Assembly (NCBI GenBank): GCA_943350065.1
Contig: CALQZZ010000001.1
Coordinates: 1 to 35,205 of the forward strand
Source of the DNA: Candidatus Nomurabacteria bacterium
GTDB taxonomy: Bacteria; Patescibacteriota; Minisyncoccia; Phycocordibacterales; UBA9973
Length of the DNA stretch: 35,205 nucleotides
Direction of reading: 5' to 3'
Part shown: in pieces, positions 22,917 through 30,620 of the stretch
Layout of the letters: each line of letters starts with the position of its first letter
How positions within the stretch are numbered: the first letter of the stretch is position 1
Program-made: the position numbers and the translations under genes
Notes under the pieces: generated by a model
What the model saw: only the letters and a program-made list of their open reading frames with translations
Told to the model about the DNA's origin: nothing
Databases searched by the model: none

Positions 22917-23222
22917 ATGGCAACAATAAAACAAACCTTAATCGAATTATTTGAACTAGATAAAATGTCTCCTGAGAAGGCGACAGAGACAGCCGAGAGA
23001 TTGGCAAAATTAGTCATGCAAGCAGTTTTGACTCGTGTCTTACCAATGCTTTCAGAAGAAAATTTACAAAAATATGAAGACATTATAGATACAAACCAAA
23101 GCCCTGAAATTTTATTTGATTTTCTAAATTCCAAAGTAGTAAATTTTCAAGAAATTTTAACTGAAGAGACAGAAAGTCTGCACCGAGAGCTCTCTGGAGA
23201 AATGGAATCTTTGATTAGTTAA
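22917..23222 (+). CDS. hypothetical small helical acidic protein (101 aa)
   Basis: ORF track entry. Starts 19 nt after the giant ORF, so probably co-transcribed. Terminator follows. Confidence 0.6.
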   Translation: MATIKQTLIELFELDKMSPEKATETAERLAKLVMQAVLTRVLPMLSEENLQKYEDIIDTNQSPEILFDFLNSKVVNFQEILTEETESLHRELSGEMESLIS

Positions 23223-23240
23223 TAAATAAAAACCATTTAT

Positions 23241-23279
23241 AAAAAACATTTTGAAGTAAAATTCAGAATGTTTTTTATT
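23241..23279 (+). terminator. terminator after 22917..23222
   Basis: AAAAACATTTTGAA-GTAAAA-TTCAGAATGTTTTT, then TATTTT. Confidence 0.75.
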
Positions 23280-23282
23280 TTG

Positions 23283-23291
23283 TGCTATATT
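23283..23291 (+). promoter_or_regulatory. extended -10 TGcTATATT, 6 nt before the second ATG of uvrD (leaderless)
   Basis: TGCTATATT-aaaatg-ATG. Confidence 0.5.
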
Positions 23292-23297
23292 AAAATG

Positions 23298-25322
23298 ATG
23301 GAACATTTGAAAGGACTCAATGATGCTCAAAAAGAAGCGGCTCTGCACACTAGTGGGCCGTTGTTAATCGTCGCTGGTGCTGGAGCAGGGAAGACTAAGA
23401 CTATCACTCATAGGATTGTTAATCTAATAAAACAAGGTGTTTCACCAGAAAAAATCTTAGCGGTAACATTCACAAACAAATCTGCCAAAGAAATGCGTGA
23501 ACGTATCATAAATGAAATAGAAAAAAATGCAAAAGGACAAAATACCGTGCCTTTTGTGAGCACTTTTCATTCACTTGGAGTTCATATCATCAAAGAAAAT
23601 TCTAGGTTAATCGGTGTCACTAGACATTTCACTATTCTCGACGAGAGTGATTCACTTTCGATAATCAAAGAATCTCTGAAAGAAAACGATTTAGACCCAA
23701 AACAATATGAGCCAAAGAAAATAAAAGGTATGATCAGTCGAGAAAAAGGAAAGTTTACCAAGATGGAAGACTATTTTGAAAGTGCGACTGACTATTTACC
23801 TCGAGTCGTCGCTCGTGTCTGGAAAAGCTATGAGACAAAAAAAGCCAAAGAAAATGCCCTAGACTTTGATGACTTACTTTTAAAGGCCACAACCTTATTG
23901 AAAGAAAATTTAGAAGTACGAAAAATGTATCAAGACCGTTGGAGTCACATACATATCGATGAGTACCAGGACACCAATGAAGCTCAATATATAATGAGTA
24001 AGTTACTTTCTGAAAAGCATAAAAATATTTGTGTCGTCGGAGATGCTGACCAAAATATTTATTCTTGGCGTGGAGCAAATTTAAAAAACATCTTATCTTT
24101 TGAAAAAGATTATCCAGATGCAAAAATTGTATTACTGGAAGAAAATTATCGTTCTACAAAAAATATTTTGGAGGCTGCGAATACTATTATCAAAAAAAAT
24201 AAATATCGTCCTGATAAAAATTTATTCACCTCAAATGAAATTGGTGAAAAAATTTCATTACATGAAGCCCTAGAAGAAACAGAGGAGGCGGATTTCATTG
24301 CAACAAAAATTTTAGAGATTGTAGATAGTTCCGATAGTAATAAAATTTTTGATCCTGCGCCCTTCTTTGGGCGCAATTCTGGGGACAAAGTGGGACCCTC
24401 GGATACAAAAATTTCATCACTATCTCCACATTTTTCTGACGTAGCAATTCTTTACCGTGCAAATTTTCAATCTCGCGTACTAGAAGAAGCAATGCTTCGT
24501 TATAATATTCCATATCAAGTTCTAGGAATAAAATTTTTTGAAAGAAAAGAAATTAAAGACACTCTTTCATATTTACGAGCAGCACTGAATCCAGAAAGTT
24601 TATCTGACATAAAAAGAATTATAAACTTCCCTGCACGTGGAATAGGGAAGGTAACTCTCACAAAAATATTTGCAAAGGATACAACAGAGCTACCAATAAA
24701 AATGCAAATAAAAATAAAAAACTTTTATGAATTATTGGAAGAAATAAAAGAAAATATTTCACACAATACAGCTTCAGAAGTTATAAAATTTGTAATTAAA
24801 AAAACAGGCATAGAAGAAGAATTAAAAAATGGCGGTGAAGAAGAAATGGAAAGATTGGCAAACATCAAAGAACTAGCGACACTCGCACTAAAATACGACA
24901 ATTTGGAAAATGGTCTTGGTGTCGAAAAACTTATCGAGGATGCATCCCTCGCTTCCGACCAAGATTCAATAATGATTACAGATGAAAAACCTGAAAAAAT
25001 AAATGGTATTAAGATGATGACTGTTCATGCTTCAAAAGGACTAGAGTTTAAATATGTTTTTGTCACAGGATTAGAAGAAGGACTTTTTCCAAACCAAAGA
25101 GCCGGTGAGAGTAAATCAGCAGAAGATAGTGAAGAAGAACGTAGACTTTTCTATGTAGCCATCACTCGTGCTCGTGAAAAATTATTTTTATCATTTGCAA
25201 ACTTCCGAACAATCTTTGGTTCAAGGCAAATAAATTCACCGTCGCAATTCATTTCTGATATTCCTAGAGATATAATAGAAAGGAGTGATGAGAATCCAAA
25301 TGTAAAAACAATTTATATATAA
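23298..25322 (+). CDS. uvrD: ATP-dependent DNA helicase UvrD/PcrA (SF1)
   Basis: LNDAQKEAA, Walker A AGAGAGKT, TFTNKSAKEM, DEYQDTN, VGDADQNIYSWRGA, ENYRST, VHASKGLEF, RRLFYVAITRA. Track start is 23268; I prefer the second ATG of ATGATG (23298), which lies 6 nt after TGcTATATT. Confidence 0.92.
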   Translation: MEHLKGLNDAQKEAALHTSGPLLIVAGAGAGKTKTITHRIVNLIKQGVSPEKILAVTFTNKSAKEMRERIINEIEKNAKGQNTVPFVSTFHSLGVHIIKENSRLIGVTRHFTILDESDSLSIIKESLKENDLDPKQYEPKKIKGMISREKGKFTKMEDYFESATDYLPRVVARVWKSYETKKAKENALDFDDLLLKATTLLKENLEVRKMYQDRWSHIHIDEYQDTNEAQYIMSKLLSEKHKNICVVGDADQNIYSWRGANLKNILSFEKDYPDAKIVLLEENYRSTKNILEAANTIIKKNKYRPDKNLFTSNEIGEKISLHEALEETEEADFIATKILEIVDSSDSNKIFDPAPFFGRNSGDKVGPSDTKISSLSPHFSDVAILYRANFQSRVLEEAMLRYNIPYQVLGIKFFERKEIKDTLSYLRAALNPESLSDIKRIINFPARGIGKVTLTKIFAKDTTELPIKMQIKIKNFYELLEEIKENISHNTASEVIKFVIKKTGIEEELKNGGEEEMERLANIKELATLALKYDNLENGLGVEKLIEDASLASDQDSIMITDEKPEKINGIKMMTVHASKGLEFKYVFVTGLEEGLFPNQRAGESKSAEDSEEERRLFYVAITRAREKLFLSFANFRTIFGSRQINSPSQFISDIPRDIIERSDENPNVKTIYI

Positions 25323-25324
25323 CA

Positions 25325-25358
25325 CTCACCACTCTCTGCTATCGCTAGGAGTGGTGAG
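25325..25358 (+). other. 10-bp perfect hairpin without a U-tract between uvrD and rsmA
   Basis: CTCACCACTC-N14-GAGTGGTGAG. Followed by TAAAATTT and then the rsmA ATG. Confidence 0.6.
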
Positions 25359-25366
25359 TAAAATTT

Positions 25367-26281
25367 ATGAAAATACATAAAGCAAAAAAATCATTAGGTC
25401 AAAACTTTTTAAAATCAGTACCAGCGCTGAACGCTATTGTGAATGCCGGAGAAATAAAAGATACTGATACTATTTTAGAGATTGGTCCCGGTAAAGGAGC
25501 ACTGACTGAAAAACTTTTAGCCAAAATTAGTACAGATAAATCTGGGATAGGTAAGGTTATTGCTATAGAAAAAGATCAAGACCTATTAGAATTTCTAAAA
25601 GAAAAATTTGCAAAAGAAATTGAAGATAAAAAATTCATTTTAATAAATGAAGATATTTTAGAGCACCCCCTCCCGACCTCCCCCTTGGCGAAGGGGGAGG
25701 GGAAATACAAGATTATCGCTAACATTCCATACAATATCACCGGAGCGATTTTGAAAAAATTTTTAACAGCCGAAAATCAACCAGAGAGAATGGTCTTAAT
25801 GGTACAAAATGAAGTAGCAAAAAGAATTGTCGCTCGAGATGGCAGCGAGAGTATTTTATCTATCTCAGTCAAAGCTTATGGAAATCCAAAAATAATAATG
25901 AAGGTTCCCGCTAGATATTTTTCACCAGCACCTAAGGTGGATTCTGCTATTATTGCAATTACAGATATAAATAGAGATAACTTTATTTCAAAACCCCCTC
26001 GTCCTACGGACACCCCCTCTTATCAAGAGGAGAATGTTGGAATCGCTAGGCAAGACCTAGCGAAACTTACATTCGAAGAAAGATTTTGGACTTTAGTTAA
26101 AAATGGTTTTGCACACAAAAGAAAGATACTAATTAGCAACTTAAGAACCTCACCCCAGCCCTCTCCTTTTAAAGGAGAGGGAGTAATACTTAAAATATTC
26201 GAGAACTTACATATTTCAGAAAAAGCTCGAGCGGAAGAATTAGATCTAAAAGACTGGTTGGAAATTGCTAAAAAATTATAA
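25367..26281 (+). CDS. rsmA: 16S rRNA (adenine1518/1519-N6) dimethyltransferase RsmA/KsgA, carrying three repeat-derived in-frame insertions
   Basis: LGQNFL, SAM-binding LEIGPGKGALTEKL, IANIPYNITG, PKVDSAII, AHKRK. 304 aa versus about 270 aa typical. The extra residues coincide with GC-rich palindromic repeat copies. Confidence 0.92.
   Translation: MKIHKAKKSLGQNFLKSVPALNAIVNAGEIKDTDTILEIGPGKGALTEKLLAKISTDKSGIGKVIAIEKDQDLLEFLKEKFAKEIEDKKFILINEDILEHPLPTSPLAKGEGKYKIIANIPYNITGAILKKFLTAENQPERMVLMVQNEVAKRIVARDGSESILSISVKAYGNPKIIMKVPARYFSPAPKVDSAIIAITDINRDNFISKPPRPTDTPSYQEENVGIARQDLAKLTFEERFWTLVKNGFAHKRKILISNLRTSPQPSPFKGEGVILKIFENLHISEKARAEELDLKDWLEIAKKL
25664..25704. repeat. repeat unit inside rsmA, site 1 (in frame)
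   Basis: CACCCCCTCCCGACCTCCCCCTTGGCGAAGGGGGAGGGGAAA versus intergenic 7150-7190 CACCCCCACCCAACCTCCCCCTTGGCAAAGGGGGAGGAGAA. Encodes HPLPTSPLAKGEG. Confidence 0.88.
25993..26063. repeat. repeat-like GC-rich double hairpin inside rsmA, site 2 (in frame)
   Basis: CCCCCTCGTCCTACGGACACCCCCTCTTATCAAGAGGAG (hairpin CCTCTT-ATCA-AGAGG) plus a perfect 8-bp hairpin TCGCTAGG-CAAGA-CCTAGCGA (26043-26063). Encodes KPPRPTDTPSYQEENVGIARQDLAK. Confidence 0.7.
26147..26186. repeat. repeat unit inside rsmA, site 3 (in frame)
   Basis: ACCTCACCCCAGCCCTCTCCTTTTAAAGGAGAGGGAGTAA versus intergenic ACCTCATCCCAGCCTTCTCCTTGTAAAGGAGAAGGGGAAT (34153-34192). Encodes TSPQPSPFKGEGV. Confidence 0.88.
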
Positions 26282-26286
26282 CTTTA

Positions 26287-26295
26287 TGTTATAAT
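26287..26295 (+). promoter_or_regulatory. extended -10 TGtTATAAT, 6 nt before GTG 26302
   Basis: TGTTATAAT-taaaaa-GTG, heading the secreted-protein operon. Confidence 0.45.
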
Positions 26296-26301
26296 TAAAA
26301 A

Positions 26302-26673
26302 GTGAAAAAAGATTGGAAAAAAATTGGAGTAATACTAATAGTTTTATTATCTTTTAAAATAGCTTATGCTGCTTCAGGTCAACCCTTTGGTGGTAAGATC
26401 ACCGAAGCTCCAGACAATCAAGTAAAAACAAAAGATGATTCTACTTATACATGTAAACCTGAAAACAAAACCATTGTTATAAAATCTTTTAAAGGCCCCA
26501 CAAAATATTACATTGGGGAAACAAAATCAAAAACAAACAAAAAAGAGAGTCTTGGTCAGTGGGTCCTTGGACGCTATAATGGTACGACGACCATTAGTTG
26601 TACGAATGATGTTGAACCATGGGACACAATAACCTATCAATTCAATACAATACAAGTTTGGGGTAGTTGGTAA
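26302..26673 (+). CDS. small secreted protein (123 aa, signal peptide)
   Basis: GTG start. MKKDWKKIGVILIVLLSFKIAYA|AS looks like a Sec signal. First gene of a tight four-gene operon. Confidence 0.6.
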   Translation: MKKDWKKIGVILIVLLSFKIAYAASGQPFGGKITEAPDNQVKTKDDSTYTCKPENKTIVIKSFKGPTKYYIGETKSKTNKKESLGQWVLGRYNGTTTISCTNDVEPWDTITYQFNTIQVWGSW

Positions 26674-26682
26674 TTCTAAATT

Positions 26683-27660
26683 ATGCTTAAAAATTTATTA
26701 AAAAATAAATATATGCCCAGTAAAAAAATACAAATAATTACAGCCATTTGTATTTTTGTCTTAATAATAATTATTTTCTTTTTAAAATCTTCCACAAGAT
26801 CTAACTTTCTAGCAAAACAAAAACAACTAGAAGTTCAAAACTCAACGATCAATGAATTAATTGCTAAAGACACTGACGGTGACGGTGTGGCTGACTGGGA
26901 AGAGGCTCTTTGGGGTACAGACAAAAACAAAACAATGACTTTTGAAGGTGTCGCAGATAAAACATACATTGAAAACAAGAAAAAAGACCTAAATATAGCA
27001 GAATCTGGTTCTTCTGGTGAAAATTTAAATGAAACAGAGAAATTCTCCAGAGATTTCTTTACAGCTTTTATGGCAATGAAATCAGGAGAAGTGGATCAAA
27101 ATACAATCAATGGCTTTTCTTCAGCCCTAGGTCAAAAAGTAGCCAATCCAAACATACTAGACCAGTACTTAGAAAAAGATATAAAAATAGATAATTCTGG
27201 AGATTTAAACAAACAAGAAAAATACTATTTAGCTATTCAAGGCCTATTTGAGCAGTATAAATCTGAAGGACTTGGTGATGAATTAGACATTGTTAGTGGA
27301 ACATTGGCTTCTACTACAGATAACGATAAAATTACTAAAACTGAACAATTACTGAAAATAGCTAATGCTTACAAGGGTTTTGCTGCTGATATTATGAAAT
27401 TATCTGTACCAGAAAAATTAGTTAAATACCATTTAAAGATAGCAAATAGTGCAAATAATACCAGTATCAGTGTAAACAATATGTCAAAAATAGTAGGAGA
27501 TCCAGTAGTCGGACTTTCTGGTCTTTCTCAATATCAAAAATATAGTAATGAGTTAATAAATTCAGCCAAAGAACTAGAATCTACATTACCAGATAGTAAT
27601 GCTATAATAGATACTACAAATCAAAACAGTAATCAGGCTCAAGGTTTTGGTTTTCAATAA
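26683..27660 (+). CDS. membrane-anchored protein with a thrombospondin-type-3-like Ca-binding motif
   Basis: N-terminal TM helix IQIITAICIFVLIIIIFFL and DTDGDGVADWEE acidic loop. Starts 9 nt after the previous stop. Confidence 0.7.
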   Translation: MLKNLLKNKYMPSKKIQIITAICIFVLIIIIFFLKSSTRSNFLAKQKQLEVQNSTINELIAKDTDGDGVADWEEALWGTDKNKTMTFEGVADKTYIENKKKDLNIAESGSSGENLNETEKFSRDFFTAFMAMKSGEVDQNTINGFSSALGQKVANPNILDQYLEKDIKIDNSGDLNKQEKYYLAIQGLFEQYKSEGLGDELDIVSGTLASTTDNDKITKTEQLLKIANAYKGFAADIMKLSVPEKLVKYHLKIANSANNTSISVNNMSKIVGDPVVGLSGLSQYQKYSNELINSAKELESTLPDSNAIIDTTNQNSNQAQGFGFQ

Positions 27661-27668
27661 ATATTAAT

Positions 27669-30602
27669 ATGAATTTCATCAAAAATATCTATAAAAAAAT
27701 AATTTGCTCCATAATAATTGGAAGTATTGTATTGATGCCATACTTAAGTCTACCTCAGACAGTAAATGCCCAAATGAGTGGCAATGGAATGGAGGGTTAT
27801 ATCAAAACTCTTTCTCCAATTATCACTCGTCTTCCAGGATGTAAAGAAGTTTTAAAGGGTGGAATGCAAGATTTATTTTCTAACATAAAGAGAGTTTTTA
27901 AAAAACCAAAGACCGGTTCATCTGGTCATGATGCTGATCCAAATGGAGGCGGATTAGATGGTATAGCGACAGATACCACAAAAAATACAGACTCTGTTCC
28001 TGTTTTTGATTTTACGGTTCAAACAAATACCAAAAATACTGCTGATTCAGCTGCTGAGACAGAAGCTTCAACTAGTTCACTTAATAAAAACAAAACTTGT
28101 CTCGATGCTATCGGACGAGCTGTCGCAAAAATTCTCCTAAATGAAATGACTCAAAGCATGGTCAAATGGATTAATGGTGGCTTTGATGGAACACCGAAAT
28201 TTGTCCATGATCCTGTGGGATTTTTTAAAGATATTGCAAAAAATGAAATTTTAGAATTTGGACTAGAAATAGATAATCCAATTCTTTTTCCATTCGGAAA
28301 AGATTTTATGAAAATGCAAAAACAAAATTTTGTAAAACACTTTGCGGATAATGCTAAATATTCTCTTAATCAAGCCGTCGCAGATGGTAATCCGGGTCAC
28401 ACTGCTGATGATTTTAAGGTTAATTTTAGTGATGGAGGATGGGGAGCATGGGCAGCAATGACCCAAAACACAGCAAATAATCCAATTGGCTTTAATATTG
28501 CAGCTTCAAATGAAATGGAAATTAGACTCGATGGAACAATAAAATCACCGGCACAAAATCTGCGAGACGATATGGCTACAGCCAATGGTTTCTTGAGCCA
28601 AGAACGCTGTGCCACAGAAGCAGTCCAAGACTCAGATGGAAGATTGACAGGTGAGCTTGTCACTAATCACGATATTACTAGAGGTGAAGATGCTAGATAT
28701 TTAAGAAAAGAATCTGGTGCTAGACACTGTGCTCAATGGGAAAATGTCACTCCTGGTAAAATTATTGCAGAATCAGCTACAAAAGTATCTGGTTATCAAG
28801 GTAATGCTTTACTTTCAGTCCAAGACTTAAACGATGCCGAAGCTGCTTTACTCGATGCTACTTTAAGTTATCTTGTAACAAAGATTTCTAGTAGTGAAGG
28901 TTTTGCTGGATTATCTGATGATCCAAATAGTTCTCAAAACATGTTTGGTTCAGATAATGGATTAAATTCAATAGGTCAAGTTGAAAAAGATTTTTCAACT
29001 TCTATTGGTGGTACTGATTGGCTTAATTCAAATCCTGATTTTAATATTCGTACTGATTTGACTCAATCTTTGATCGATGAACAAAGAATTTATATGCAGA
29101 AATTGATAGATCAAAATACTGAATTAAAATCTCGAAAGAAAATTGGTAATCAAACATGGAACTATGGTTTACTGCCGATTATTTATCAACTCGATTATTG
29201 TATCCCTGGTCCACATCCAAACTGGCAAGAAGAAGCTCAAACACAGCTTGATATCTTAAAAGAAGGTATTATTAATATTGATGGTATGAATTATTCTCAA
29301 ATCAAACACCTGACAGGAGTAGGTAATGTTGGTTCTGGAGCAGAAACAGCCCTAAATATAGCCCATACGTTAATGGATCCAATAGGTATTACAAATGGTC
29401 TTAGTGGTATGTTTGGTGGAGGAGGAGGTGGAGGAGGTGGTAATGGTCAAGACCTTGATGCTTTGTTAGAATTAACAAAAAATTATGCGTATCAATACCT
29501 GTCTCAATTTATGTCAATATATCTCGGATTTACAGCATTCAAAGACCCATCATCAGAAACTTATTCAAACATAATCCAAGCTTTTGATGATGCTTTTAGT
29601 GGTTACAAAGCAATGATTTCTAATGTCTACAACGAGCTAACTCTACCAGGAGTTGCAGACCAAGCCAAAAAAGAATTCAATACAGCTAGTGGTTATCAAG
29701 CAATGTATGATAAAAATATTGCGGATATTGCTGTAAAGAAAAGCGATATCCAAAGATTGGCAGACCTGAAAGATAAAATAGATGCTTTGACTTTAGCTAG
29801 AGATAACCAGACATTACCTTTAACATTAATAGATCCATCTACAAACCTAGCTACAACAGATTACAATGCTCAATTTGAAGAAGATTTAAAACCTTACATT
29901 AGTGCTTTTGCTCGTCTTTCTATTAACATGAAAACAGGGGACGATATTGCTAAAGCAGATAGCTTGTTACAACAAATTAAAGATAAAGAAAAATATATTT
30001 ACACCGATCTAATAAAAGGTCCGACAGGTTGTGAAAAAGAATTATCTTCTGTTACAGCAGATAACCAAAACTCTTTACTAAAACTTTGGTCTCTAAAGAG
30101 ATATACTTATCCACTGCCTATACTGTATGACTATAACAGCTCAACATACTCTCCAGCAGCAAACATATTACCGGACCCATTTGGTTATAGTTATTCATTT
30201 CCACAAGGAATATTCCACTCTGGAACAATAGCTAATAAATCAGTTTACCAATGGGGTTCAGCAGGTATTCCACATGACTGGCAAAATCACGAATTTGCTC
30301 CAGGATTATGGTATGTTGATTTTTCAGGTGCTATCAGTGGTGGAGGTGATATTTTCTTTGATGGTAGGGATCGGGATGGTTATAGTTCGACTTACCCTGC
30401 TATTAATAAAATAAATTCATTCTGTCAAAACATAGCACTAGTTTCAAACCTAACAACACCAGGTGTTTTCTATGAGCCTTGTAGTATTCGTGGTAGTAAT
30501 TTTACCAATCTAAACATTGGAGCAATCAACTTTAAGAACAATGAGGATATGCTAAATCACCATGGAATTACTACATTTGAAAAATCATTAGGAGTTTATT
30601 AA
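27669..30602 (+). CDS. large secreted protein (977 aa), no recognisable domain
   Basis: Signal peptide IIIGSIVLMPYLSLPQTVNA|Q, a nine-Gly run (nt 29415-29441), uninterrupted ORF. Starts 8 nt after the previous stop. Confidence 0.8.
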   Translation: MNFIKNIYKKIICSIIIGSIVLMPYLSLPQTVNAQMSGNGMEGYIKTLSPIITRLPGCKEVLKGGMQDLFSNIKRVFKKPKTGSSGHDADPNGGGLDGIATDTTKNTDSVPVFDFTVQTNTKNTADSAAETEASTSSLNKNKTCLDAIGRAVAKILLNEMTQSMVKWINGGFDGTPKFVHDPVGFFKDIAKNEILEFGLEIDNPILFPFGKDFMKMQKQNFVKHFADNAKYSLNQAVADGNPGHTADDFKVNFSDGGWGAWAAMTQNTANNPIGFNIAASNEMEIRLDGTIKSPAQNLRDDMATANGFLSQERCATEAVQDSDGRLTGELVTNHDITRGEDARYLRKESGARHCAQWENVTPGKIIAESATKVSGYQGNALLSVQDLNDAEAALLDATLSYLVTKISSSEGFAGLSDDPNSSQNMFGSDNGLNSIGQVEKDFSTSIGGTDWLNSNPDFNIRTDLTQSLIDEQRIYMQKLIDQNTELKSRKKIGNQTWNYGLLPIIYQLDYCIPGPHPNWQEEAQTQLDILKEGIINIDGMNYSQIKHLTGVGNVGSGAETALNIAHTLMDPIGITNGLSGMFGGGGGGGGGNGQDLDALLELTKNYAYQYLSQFMSIYLGFTAFKDPSSETYSNIIQAFDDAFSGYKAMISNVYNELTLPGVADQAKKEFNTASGYQAMYDKNIADIAVKKSDIQRLADLKDKIDALTLARDNQTLPLTLIDPSTNLATTDYNAQFEEDLKPYISAFARLSINMKTGDDIAKADSLLQQIKDKEKYIYTDLIKGPTGCEKELSSVTADNQNSLLKLWSLKRYTYPLPILYDYNSSTYSPAANILPDPFGYSYSFPQGIFHSGTIANKSVYQWGSAGIPHDWQNHEFAPGLWYVDFSGAISGGGDIFFDGRDRDGYSSTYPAINKINSFCQNIALVSNLTTPGVFYEPCSIRGSNFTNLNIGAINFKNNEDMLNHHGITTFEKSLGVY

Positions 30603-30620
30603 AAATAACTGAAAGAAAAA

